A stretch of 64,000 bases of DNA, from the NCBI RefSeq assembly GCF_036321535.1, contig NC_087436.1, forward strand, positions 69,380,001-69,444,000, given 5' to 3'. The position numbers and the translations under genes are program-made. The notes under the pieces are model-generated. The model was not told the DNA's origin and did not search any database. It worked only from the letters and a program-made list of their open reading frames with translations. This document shows, one piece after another, positions 52,026 through 64,000 of the stretch; position 1 is the stretch's first letter; every line of letters begins with the position of its first letter. Source of the stretch: Camelus dromedarius. Its lineage: Eukaryota.

Positions 52026-54511
52026 CTGAAGAGATAAAATTCTCTCTATTATACAAGTATAAGATCACAGGGGAAACAAAGAGTTCTCCTACCCTTCAAA
52101 ATAGGCAAACTCAAGAGAAGCATCAGGGACATTGTTAGACTGGTTCTGTCTTCTGCCAAATAGAACTATCTAGTCTCTTTAAGAGTGTATATGTTTCTGA
52201 AAACTATGACAAATAAATAAAGAGTGATTACAAATAAATATTTGGAACCAAACCATTATACAAAATGAATAGGTGATAAGAGGCAAATGTTGTGGTATAT
52301 GGAAATATTACTCCCAAGGCTTAATTTTATGAACCAACAGAGTTGTTTGCAAACTCACAAAAATATTCCTCGGAAGGAAGCTCAAATAAAGGTTCTGCAC
52401 TAGACCTTTAAAATTTTTAGCTTGCTGTTTATAGCCAGTAAATTATGAATAACTTGAACTAACTTTCTGTTAGGCATTCAGGATATTTTTCTCATGTTTA
52501 TTTTCTCCCTGATTAATAAGACTAAAAAAAGCAGGGTTTTTTGTTTGTGTTTGTTTTTTGGTTTTTGTTTTTTTTAGAAAAGGAATAAATAAAATCGATT
52601 TTTAAAAGATGATAATGCAGTTAAACTCCTGGTATAATCATGATAACATTTATGAGAGAGTGCTTCTCTGCCTACCCATAAGAGTGCAACACTGACTGCA
52701 TGTCCGTAATTTAAGCCTTAGCATGGAAGTAAAATACACTTTTCTCTACAAATAGAGTTCTCTTGATCATCACTTACAGTGGGCAAGTTGGGCACAGTAA
52801 AGTCTGGAATTGGGGTCTTTGACACAATCTATGTAAATACCACTCTCTAGAGATGTGTCATGCGTTATCTTTGTAATCATTTGTGGTCAGATGGCAATCA
52901 CTGATGTTTCTCAATTAAAGGCTAGTAAAATTACTAGGGGAAGGAAGATGCCATAAATGAAAGTAGACTTCTATTTTTAGTTTAGTTTATGTTAGGAGAG
53001 TATCTCTGAAGTCCCAGGAATTGGTTTTATCATTTTGATTCATCTCCCTAAACAGATGGTGATCAAATAAAACACACACACACACACACATGAAGGCACA
53101 CAGGTATATAAAGACTTACACACCTACCTGTTTGATTTGGATTCTTGATTTAACTCTCATTGCTCTTCTACTCTGTGAATCCAGTGATGGCATAATTCTT
53201 TCATCAGGGACATAAGCCATGATTGGTGTTCATATTGCCCAAATGTCTATGTTAATAAGTCAGCTTAGGATGGAATAATTTTCTCTCTTGTAAAGCATGC
53301 CTGAGTCATTTTTGTGTAGCTGTCTATATGTGAAAAGTGGAGGTGGAAGGACAAACATAATAGCGTGGCAAGGTATTATCTAGTGAGCCAGGGAATACAT
53401 GTCTTTTTCCGTACCTTTATTTTAGATACTGGTTTATTATCTCCCACAATAACACTCATTACAGCTTGCTTGCAGCTATAACCTGGTTGGTATGAAAAGC
53501 ACATTCAGAATCCTGAAGCGAAATTTTAGGCTTAAGATACCCATCTTACCCTTAACATATCAGGGCCTGTCCTGGGAACACCATTTAACCTGCTATCTTC
53601 TACAGAGATTATGCTCCTTTACCTACAACCTAAGCAAATGAGGATCTGTCTCTTCACTCCCTATTGATAAAGATTCTTAAATATGATATTCTTACTGTGT
53701 TTACCTATTATTCTGTTTTGTTTCTCTATATCGTTTTCTTCCAATATTTCTGGCAGGCCATATTTATTCTTTGAGGACATTGGAATATGGTATACGGTTT
53801 TCTTTCTTAAAACATCCTGATATCATGGTCATAAAGAATCAATTCAACATTTGGGGTTCTAGTTTTATGATTTCTACTTTACGTTGACGACTCTCAATTA
53901 TTTCTAATGCTCTCTGCTGAGACTGAAACCTTGTATTACCCAGATGATTTCTAGAAACCTCCACCTGAAAATCCCTTTAACTTCTGTAAGTAAATTTGAA
54001 ATTTAACTCATATTGTCATCTCAAAAAAGTTTTTTCCACTAATTGTTTCCTAGCTCAGTAAAGGTCACTGCTATCCAAGAAGCCCCATCTGATTCCATGT
54101 CTTCCATAACACTTAACTTCTTACTGACCAAAGTTTGTCAGCAAGAATCTTCCCAAGAGTCCTCAGGAAAGCATCTTTATCATTCAAACAATTGTAGTAA
54201 ATGTCTCTATTCATAATTCCATCATGCTTTTTAGGACGTCTCTGCAGCAGTCTCCCTAGTGATTTCCAAGACTCACATTTCCTGTCCCTTCATTCTTCTC
54301 CTTAAATATCAAAGTCAAGTCCAAAAAAAAAAAAAAAAAAAAAAAAAAGTAATATCACTCCTAGGAGACCCCTGTGATTTTGAAAATAGATTTGGAGTAG
54401 CAAACTGAAGATAGCCAGCAGCGTATCTCTGTTATTAATCCTGCAAACTTTAAAGGAAAATCAGGCTTTTATTATAAGGTACAAAAAAGCCCTCCACCAT
54501 AATAGACCTAC

Positions 54512-54660
54512 CTTAGGTAACGGTTTGGCAGGCTTACAATGCAGTCCTCCTACAAACTCAAAATTAGGTAAGTACGGACGAGGAAATTCAAAATCCCAGT
54601 ATGTTCGGATTAGCCAAATTTCTGCTTTCCCCATAGTCTCACACAATGTAGTGGGTCTTC
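54512..54660 (-). CDS. UGT2A1: UGT2A1/UGT2A2 shared exon 2 (149 bp); first exon(s) lie outside the window
   Basis: Encodes (G)[49 protein letters not shown], matching UGT2A1 as I recall it. Acceptor ttttctccAG, donor GTAGGT. No exon 1 was found in 54661-64000. Confidence 0.93.
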
Positions 54661-56384
54661 CTGGAGAAAATGAAGAAAGTTGGCTGGGGGTTATTAGCGT
54701 ATATATATGTTTGCTGTGGAAAAATTATACCAGTGATTTTTCCAATGTGCTATTAAGGAAAAAAATAAATCTAGGTTCTGTAGATGACTTATCATACCTA
54801 GATGTTAAAAGAAAGGGGAGTTTAAAGTAATAAGGAAGGAAGAAGGAAGAAAAGAAGGAAGATAGAGAATGGGTAGTAAAAGAACAGTAATGTGTAAAAT
54901 AAAAATAAATTCAATAAAATAAATTCAATAAAATCTAATAAAAATAGTTGTACAAAATAAATTTAATGAAAAATTTAACCACAACTCCAAGTACTGATGA
55001 GTTTAATATCAATTGTTTCTTTCCAATTAAATGGCACATGACAGATTAGCCCCATCATATGAATACCAAATCAACTCTCAATATTTTTCTCTTTTCCAGT
55101 CAGGACTATATTTCTCCCTTCTAGTTTATTATACATTCTGAATCTCACCAGTATCAGTTTACCTTATCTTCCTGAGTCAAATCCCTTCAATTCAATTGAT
55201 TTACCATTATTTTCTCAGCAGGAATTCCCTGAATACTTTATACCCAATACAGCCCCCTTTGGAATTTGAAGTATACACGTATGCATTATCAATATCACAC
55301 ACTTATTTTAGTGTTACCTTTAAAAGATGTTTTTTGAAAGGGACGGACTCTAAGTATTCATTTTAGGAGACTGTGGAGAAGAAGTATTACTTGCAAATGA
55401 CCAAGTCAGTCATTTTTATGCACAGAAAACATGTTTTGCAACTAAGTAAAGAGAAATGCAGATGAGATTTCTCCTTTTTAAGGATTATATTCAAATTGAT
55501 GATCACATATATCCCAGATTCGATAGCCTTTTTTTTAGAATCATTACTACTTTGTAGTGTTTGAACCTATTAGTCTGAGGTTATGGAGTCAATGCTTTAA
55601 TGTGATAATAAAGAAGCATTATCCAAGGACACTCACTTGAAATTGCCAGAGATTGGATGAGAACACTAACTCACAGTTTCCCTACCAATATGTCTGTGTT
55701 CTTTGGATGTCTTGCTCCATGTATATGACATTCTCCTGCCTTGATTACTGACTCCTTAGGTGGAATTATTTTGCATAACCTGTAGACCACATTTTAAGAA
55801 AGACCTAAAGTATTCACTAAAATTATGTGAATGTATCAAGTTATGCACAGTATCAAGTAGAAAGCCAATTAAATGTGAAGAGAATGAAATTGAGCAAAAC
55901 TATGCAAGTTGTTAAATAATTTTATAAGACATTTCAAATGTTATACTGAAGACTTATAAAACAGAAAATAGGGAATTAAAATTTACCACCAATCTTTTTC
56001 CTATAGTTATATCATTACACAAAATGAATCATGAACACAGTGGAGATTATATAAATAACATAAAATGGATAAATGACTATTAAATTTGAATTGCCATGTA
56101 AATATTGGTATTGCTTGAATCTATTATTTCAATCCTACATGATGAGTCTACAGAGATACCTTTTAATTTCAAAGAATTCTTAGAGGTAGCCTGAATTTAT
56201 GGCAAAATGCCTTAATGTAGGTGAGAGCGAATTTCAGTGGAGGACAGTTACCAATCTCCCAGTAGTAAGTCATGCTGGCTTTAGATATCAATCTGTAGAT
56301 AATTTTTCTAGGCTCCCTAGATTTTTCATTTCTTTTAAAGGCATGTGAGAAAAATAATATATATAATTTCTGTATCACTTTTTA

Positions 56385-58960
56385 AAAATCAACACTTTAC
56401 TTTTTTAGAGCAATTTTTGGGTCACAATAAAATTGAGAAGCAAGTGGAGATACTTCTCATATACCCTTGTCTTCACGCATGCATAGACTCTACCATTATC
56501 AACACCCCTCAACAGAGTGGTATGTTTGTTACAACTGATGAACGTACCCTGAGACATTATAATCACCCAAAGTCCATAGTTTACATCATAATTAGCTCCT
56601 GATGTAAATTCTGTGGGTTTGGACAAATAATAAAGATATGTATCCATCATGATAGAGTAGTTTCACTGCCCGAGAATTCTTCCGTGCTCTGCCTGTTAAT
56701 CCCCCACTCCTATCTCACCCCTGGCAACCATAGATTTTTTTTGTCTCTATAGTTTTGCCTTTTCCAGAATGTCATATAATTTGAATCATACCTTTTCAAA
56801 TTGGATTCTTTCACTTAGTAATATGCATTTAAGTTTCCTCCATGGTTCCATGTCTTTTCATAGCTTGATAACTTTTTTGGTGTGTGCTGAATAATATTCT
56901 ATCGTCTGGATCTACCACAGTTTATCCATTCACCTACTGAAGGGCATCTTGGTTGCTTCCAAGTAGTGGTAATTATGAATAAAGCATCTATAACATCCGT
57001 GTACAAGTTTCTGTGTGAACATAAGTTTTTCAGCTCCTTTGGGTAAATTTCAAGAAGTGTGATACTATGGTAAGTTTATGCTTGCTTTTACAAGAAACCA
57101 TCAAAGTGTCTCCCAAAGTGGCTGTCCCACTATCAATAAGGAGAGTTCCTGTTCCACAACTTGCCACTGTTTGATGTTGCCAGTGGTCTGCATTTTGGCC
57201 ATTCTAATAGATATGTACTGGTGTCTCACTGCATGCTTTTTTTTTAATTGAAGTACAATTACAATATGTCAGTCTCTGGTGTACAGCACAATGTCCCAGT
57301 CATATGTATATATACATATATTTGTTTTCATATTTTTTTCCATTAAAGGTTATTACAAGATATTGAACATAGTTCCCTGTGCTATATGAAACTTTTAAAA
57401 TCTTTTATATATAGTGGCTAAGATTTGTAAATCTCAAAATTCCAAGTTTATCCCCTCCCACACCCTTTCCCCAGTGACCATAATATTGTTTAGTAAGTCT
57501 GCAAGTCTGTTTCTGTTTTGTAGATGAGTTCATTGTGTCCTTTTTGTTTAGATTCCACTTGTGTTTTAATTCGCATTTTCCTCATGACAGATCACGTGGG
57601 GCACTTTTTACACGCTTATTTGCTGATTTGCCGACTATGTATCTTCTTTGTGCCATATCTGTTATTGTCTTTGGTCCACTTTCTAATGAGTTTCATGATT
57701 TCTTCTCTTTGAGTTTTAAGTGTTTTTAAAAACATTTTGGATGACAGTTGTCTATCAGACACATCTTTTGTAAATATTGTCTCCCAGGTGTGTCTTGTCG
57801 TTTCATTCTCTTGACAGTCTTTCACAGAACAGAATACTTTCTGTATATTGTTGGATTCAGTTTTTGAGCATTTCATTGAGAACTTGTACATCTATGTTTT
57901 TGAGAAATATTTATCTATAGCTTTCTTCCCTGGTAGTGTCTTTGTCTGGTTTTGGCCTTTGGGTACTATTATCCTCATGGAATGAGTTAGAAATTATTCC
58001 CTCTGTTTGTATCCTCTAAAAACAGCTATGAAGTATCAGTATAATTTTCATCTTTGAATTCATTTCTGTTACAGTTTTTTTTAATCTCTTCTTCTTTTTT
58101 GATTTTTCTTAGGATTTGCAAATCTCTGCTTCCACAGTCCATCTTTTCTTACATGAGGTCTACTTTATCGATTAGAGCCTTTAGCATATTAATCAGAATT
58201 GTCTTAAATCCTTGTCTTGATAATTACAATATTCTTGCTGTCTCTGGCTCTGATGATTGTTCTGTCTATTCAAAATATATTTTTGTCTTTTGGTATGTCT
58301 TGTAATTTTTTCTTGATAGCCAGACATGACGTATTGATTAAAAATTATTGTAAATAAGCTTTTTTAATGTGGGGATTAGTTGTTGAGGGGGAGGCACTCT
58401 CTAGTCCTAAGATTGGTCTCAGTGTTTTACCGAGTCTGTGCCTCTAGACTGTGAACTTCACAACTATTTCTAATTTTTCCCCCATTTTACATGGGGAAAG
58501 AGGGTCTGGAGATGGGTATATTCCTTTCCCCATGTGGTAATCTGGGGGGCCTGGAATTGTATTTTTCTTTCTCCAGATCAGTTAGGCTCTGATAATACCC
58601 CAGCACATTATGCTCTGATTAACTGGTTTCCCCTGGCAGCCCACCTTGCTAAGAAGAACAGAATACTCTGGCTTATTTAAAAATGATTCCTTTCCCCCTC
58701 CTCTAACTGGAAGCAAAGGATTTTTCTTTGATATTTACTGCACAAAAATTGTTTGAGCTCCTGGAGGTAAATCTTACAATACTGTGGGGACCCCGCTGTG
58801 ACTGGGTCCCACTGGATTTTTCTAACTTTCAGATTTGTCCACACTGAACCTCCAGTAATTCATCAATTACAGTTCAGATGTTCCTACCCAGACACTGGTT
58901 CCTGAGATTATTTCCACTTGAGTCTCTGCTTTTGAGTATCTGTTCAGATAAGCTGAGACT
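56385..58960 (-). mobile_element. Composite old L1 fragments with a nested younger L1 3' end (~57235-57555)
   Basis: L1M 3'UTR motifs (aagtccatagtttacat; cccctggcaaccat; ttttccagaatgtcatata). The nested piece interrupts tggtgtctcactg...ttgtgttttaattcgcattt. Confidence 0.75.
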
Positions 58961-59449
58961 CTCTGTATATTTCCAAAGAATATACAGATATATCAGTAGA
59001 ATGAATGTGAGAGTTTGATCATTATGATGGATACAAAGGAATATGAAATAGCAACTGCAATTTCTGTGCATGAATAAAAGAAAATATAATTAAAAGTATA
59101 CTTTGGCTTACAATTTTTGAATAACTGTCAGGCTTGTGTAAACTAGTTATGATTAGAATGATAAAGTCTTATAGAAACTCATTATAGAAAAATAGAGCCA
59201 TCATGTTCATTGACAGGAAAATCAAAATTTATAAAGGCGCCCATTCTCTCCAGATAAACCTACAGACTCTTTATAATTCCTTTTAAAATATCAAAATCCC
59301 AAGTTTCATGAAACAACAATTTTTATAGAATTTTAAATTTAATTTTAAAATCTACACAGAAGAGCAAAGAGCTAAGAATAATCAAGGTACACTAAAAGAG
59401 ATACAAGGGGAGAGGATATTATCCTTCCAGATACTAAGAACCAGTTTTT

Positions 59450-60670
59450 GCAAGATAGTCAAAAAACCTATCCCTGATGTATCGCTACCTCAACAACAAC
59501 GATTCAATATTTGTCCATGGACAATGTGTGTTTGTGCAAGCCTTGGGCTGCAGGTAGGAGACTGTGAAATCTGGGTGCAGTCCAAGACAGAGGAAAGAAC
59601 TTTTGAGAAGGCAGGCTTGCAACCAGATGAGTGACTTGCAGACTGTGTTTCTAGCTGCAGACTTGGAAAAAACTTCTGTACCCTGAGAACTCAGCTACAG
59701 CTCATTTCTCTTTGTTCTGCCACCAACACCATAAGCCAAGGAACCCAGCAGGAGTCATGCTGCCTGCATGTCGAGTAATAAGCATGCAGACCTCAGTCCC
59801 AGCTGTGGACCCTGAAGTGGCCCATGAACTTACCCTAGCCCCTGTGGGAGCCCCCAGAGGCAAGCTTGCCAAACTCGGCTCCAGCTCCTCCCAACCACAG
59901 TGGGTGAACAATCCTGCTAACATGTGGACCCAGCAGAAGACACTCCAGGCTGTGTCCCCAGAGACCCTGATGGTCTCCCTACTTAGTTCCAACCTCAACA
60001 CAGTTACAGTCCACTAGCGGACCTGCCTGCCCAGGGTCCCAGCAGAAGACATTCCTGTCTGTGGTGTCAGAGATCCTGAGGGTCCTACACTCAGCTCCAG
60101 CCCCTCCCAGCTACAGATCATGGATTGTAATTTTGGATGAATGGGTGAAGAAGATGTGGTATACACATACAAGGGAATATTATTCAGCCATAAGAAAGCA
60201 GGAAATCTTGCCATTTGTGACAAAATGAATGAAACTTATGCTATGTGAAATAAGCCAGACAGAGAAAAACAGATACTGTATGAGCTCACTTAAATGTAGA
60301 ATATTAAAAAAAAAGCCAAACTCATAAAAACAGTGGATTGGTGGTTGCCAGGGACTGGAGGGTGGGGAAATTAGGCTGATGTTGGTCAGAGGTACAAACT
60401 GTAGATGACTACGTCATTAGATGAGTAAGTTATGGGTATCTAATATTCAGCATGGTGACTCTGATTGACAATAATGTATTATATACTTGAAGGTTGCTAA
60501 GAGTAAATACTAAATGTTCTCACCACAAAAAAAGTAAGCATGTGAGGTGATGGATGTGCTAACATTATTGTAGTAAACATTTCGCTATATATACATGTGT
60601 TTTAAGTCATCAACTGTATACTTAAAACTTATGCAAAGTTATATGTCAATTACATCTTAATAAAGCTAAA
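59450..60670 (+). mobile_element. L1 5'UTR-like head (~59450-60130) fused to an L1 3' end (~60130-60670)
   Basis: The head starts caagatagtc... and contains tccatggacaa, like the head at 2640-2745(-). It switches abruptly to ggatgaatgggtgaagaagatgtggtatac and ends aataaagctaaaaa. Confidence 0.7.
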
Positions 60671-63464
60671 AATAGAACAAATAAAGAAGAAAGCAAGTAA
60701 AATAATGAATAGAAGCAAAACCTTAAGTAATGAAATTTCTGAAAGACCGAGTAAGCATTGCAGATAAGCAGGGAAAAGAAGCCTTGAATAAATAGTAGTG
60801 ACACAACTCGTTATCCCTGGGCAAGAGTAGGGAGAAAGAGAGGAGAGGAGAGAGGTAGAGACAAGGCAGGGAAGAAGGAAGAAGGGTGAACAGTTAAACA
60901 GAAAAGAAACTGAGCCTAAACTACAAAATACACAAAAATAAAATATTTAGTAGATTAAAACCTTCAAAGGAAAAACTGAAACATAGCCTCTTGGAAGACA
61001 ATGTGAAAGGAAATCTTTATGCTTTCATAGAAAGAAAGGATTTCCTCAAGTGCATAAAGAAAGGAATAGCTAATTAATTTGACTCTATTAAGTTTAAAAC
61101 CTGAAAGTCTTCATATGATACTTAAGAGAAAGAGATGCACTTCATAAACTGTCAGGAAAATGTCTGAAATACATAAAACTGACAAAGGCTTGTCTAGAAT
61201 ATATATGGAATTTACTGAATCAGTAATGAAAACACAAGCAAACGCATTAGAAAAAAATGGACAGAAGACATGAGCAGGATATTCACTGAAAAATAAATGG
61301 AAACAGCCCATAAAATATGAAAAGTTACTCAATCTCGGTAATAATCAAAGAAATCTAAGTAAAACCTAAGATATAACTTCAGATCTGCCAGATTGACGGA
61401 ACTTAAAAAATCCTTTCTTTGGGGTGTTGTAAAATTACAGCATGGTGATAGTCGCTGGACTTTTAAACATGCCGACTATCACGGTACCCTTAAAATGTGT
61501 GAGCTTTACGGTATGCCAATTACATCTCAATACAACTGCTAATAAAAGTCATTCAATGATACGCTAAGTGAGGGTGTGCTACAAAGAAGATTAAAATGCC
61601 CTGTTGGTTAAGGTAAAAATTTGTATAATTTTGGTTGGAATATAATTTTTTGAGAAAAGTCTAAAATTACCCAGTAGGGGGAAATATACGTGTGTGTGTG
61701 TGTATATGTACACACACACATATACACACAGACTCACACAAACTATATATATATATAGTTTATATCCTATTGATACTATTGGTCTTGTACAACAGAGGAC
61801 GTATACAAGAAAGTTCATAATAGCAGCATTAAATTAAGAAGTTGTAAACAGCTAGTCGTCCATACACAGAATGTCATAGTGCTGTCACACAACAGAACAC
61901 TGTCTATAGAGCTTTAGGAAAATAAAAAAGGAAATAAAGAAAGAAAACACTTGATTGCATCCTATAGAGTATCAGGCACAAGTAGCATATCTATGCCTGT
62001 ATTTGTAGACTATTAAAAAACTAAACAATGAAGTGTTGAGGAAATCATATACAATGGGAGACATAAAATTTTCAAGAAAATGTTCACCAAAGTCAGGGTG
62101 GTGGGCTCTACTGGAAGAAGGGTGTTTCTAAGATACTGGCAACAGTCTATTTCTCAACTTGGTTATAGGGCATACAGAAGTTTATTTTATTATTTCTTTC
62201 AACTGTATACTTACATTTTATTTGCTTCTTTTTGTTATATTTTCTAAAATCTGAAAGGACATGCATAATATTTTAAAATATATATAAAATATTTTTATGT
62301 AGGAATAAATTAGTTTAAAATTCCTAAGTCAACTGATGGGCTTAAAAAGACGTCTGTAATGCATATTATAGGGGAAAAAAAGGCTTTAAATTCCCTAAAA
62401 TGCCAGGACAGTTGTAGGTCAATAGGATTAACAGCCCAAAAGAAAATGGAATACCTGCTGGTCAACCAAGAAAAGATCTGAGGATAAAAGCTAAATGGTT
62501 CAAAACATTTAGGAGGCATTGCGGCAGAGATTTAGGTACAGTAAATTTAGGGCAATTTTTTTTTGTAATACCAGAGCTGGAACAATCCAAGTATACCTTT
62601 CAGCACTAGACCGAAGTCCAACGATTTTTTATATCCATTCAATTGAATATTATTAGGTCAATATAAGGAATAATGTAGATCTTAAAATGTTGTGTGGAAA
62701 GATATCAAATCTACATTAAGTGATAAAAAAGAAGTAAAGATAAATATTTAGTCATTGTTACTACTGGTAAAAAAGAAAAACTATATATACTTATGTTTAA
62801 TATTACATAGACAATATTTTGATGTAAAGAAAAGAAAAAGGAATAGTCTTACATAAGAGAAATGTGAAGCCAATTATCATTCACTATATATACTTTTGTT
62901 CCATTTGAATTTTTTAGCCATTTGTATTAGTTGTTTTTATTATGACATCAAGAATGAAATTATACTCATAATGCATTCAGAATTGCCCGTTAAAGAACAT
63001 GAGAGAGTACAGGAATGAAACTCAATGAAAGTATTTACAGTAAAAGAAAAACCTGTTAAATGTAAGAGTTAAAAATTTGCCATAGACCCTGAGACTACAT
63101 TTGTTTCATAATATGTATACATGCAGAATTTTTTACCTTTCCTCTAATTATGCATAATATGACAAATGTCCTAGAAAGTTATTGATTGGAGTTAGGGAAG
63201 CGTCTCTAATTATCAGAGTATATTTCTAATTCTGTATCTTGCATTTATTTCTGAGCGTAGAACTGAGGCCAAGGTCCTGGTCTTTTTAACCTAAAATCCA
63301 TAGAGTAAGACACTGCCTACACTCAGAAAGTTCTTACTGGTTGTTAAATTATGTATTGTGAAACCAGTGCAGTGTAAATTTAAAACCACGTGTAAAGCTA
63401 AGGATTTTTAAAGTGGGTTTTTTGAACATTAGTTCTGTGAAACAATGTATATATTGAAAATCAG

Positions 63465-63775
63465 TGTTATGGACTGACCTGTGTTCCTCTAACATTAATT
63501 GATTAAAGTCTGACTGGATTTGAAGATAGTCCTTTAAAGAGGTAATTAAAGTTAAATGAAGTCATAAGAATGGGCCCTAATCCAGTACAACAGATCTTAC
63601 AAGAAGAGGAAGAGACACTAGGAATGTACAAGCCAGAGAGATCAACTTCCAGGGAAACTAGCCTTGACAACACCTTGGTTTTGGACTTTCAGCTTCCAGG
63701 ACAATAAGAAAATTAATTTCTAGTGTTTATGCCCCCTGGTCTGTTAGCTGTAGCAGCCCTGGCAAACTAACGTAT
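63465..63775 (+). mobile_element. MLT1A/B-like LTR
   Basis: tgttatggactga...ctttaaagaggtaattaaagttaaatga...caccttggttttggactttcagcttccag...gcagccctggcaaactaa. Confidence 0.8.
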
Positions 63776-64000
63776 TAAGGATGGTAACTGAGTTAATATT
63801 TCCAATGAACACCCAATATGATCTTTTGTTTGCTAGTTCATCTTCATGACTCTCAAAAAATACTTGGAGTAAAAGCCCACTTCAGTTGATGGAATCAGAT
63901 AAGAGCCGGATATGTGAAAAGTGCAAAGCAAAACCATTCTTTATTAGAAACGGCAAGCAACTAAAAATAGAATATACATAACTAGTGAAGCAAAAAATAA

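Noticed and set aside
54661..64000. Search for UGT2A1/UGT2A2 first exons
   Set aside because: No ~715-bp UGT exon 1-like frame is present, so they presumably lie beyond the window.
1..64000. CRISPR arrays, tRNA/rRNA genes or prokaryote-type systems
   Set aside because: No repeat-spacer arrays or intact RNA genes were seen. The only tRNA-related sequences are the SINE head and the ERV PBS.

Overview
This is AT-rich mammalian genomic DNA from a UDP-glucuronosyltransferase 2 (UGT2) cluster. It is probably camelid, judged from a Vic-1-like SINE at ~48866. Two genes lie on the minus strand. (1) A UGT2C1-like gene: exons 1-5 are present with an intact frame and canonical GT-AG sites (16334 down to 3297), and exon 6 lies left of the window. 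(2) Exons 2-6 of UGT2A1/UGT2A2 (54660 down to 45261), with the first exon(s) right of the window. Between them lie an inverted orphan UGT2B-like exon 2 carrying a premature stop; a 5'-inverted L1 about 150 bp upstream of the UGT2C1-like ATG; an internally deleted class III HERV-S-like provirus with a tRNA-Ser primer-binding site, nested in another L1; solo LTRs; an old ERVL internal remnant; MER82; many L1/L2 fragments; and microsatellites. I see no convincing wholly novel biological system. The most interesting items are the transposon-remodelled UGT2C1-like promoter, the ERV-S-like provirus, the orphan exon, and a candidate distal promoter with a non-coding exon. Exon coordinates were fixed from splice sites. 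Repeat family names come from recalled consensus similarity, and repeat boundaries are approximate.
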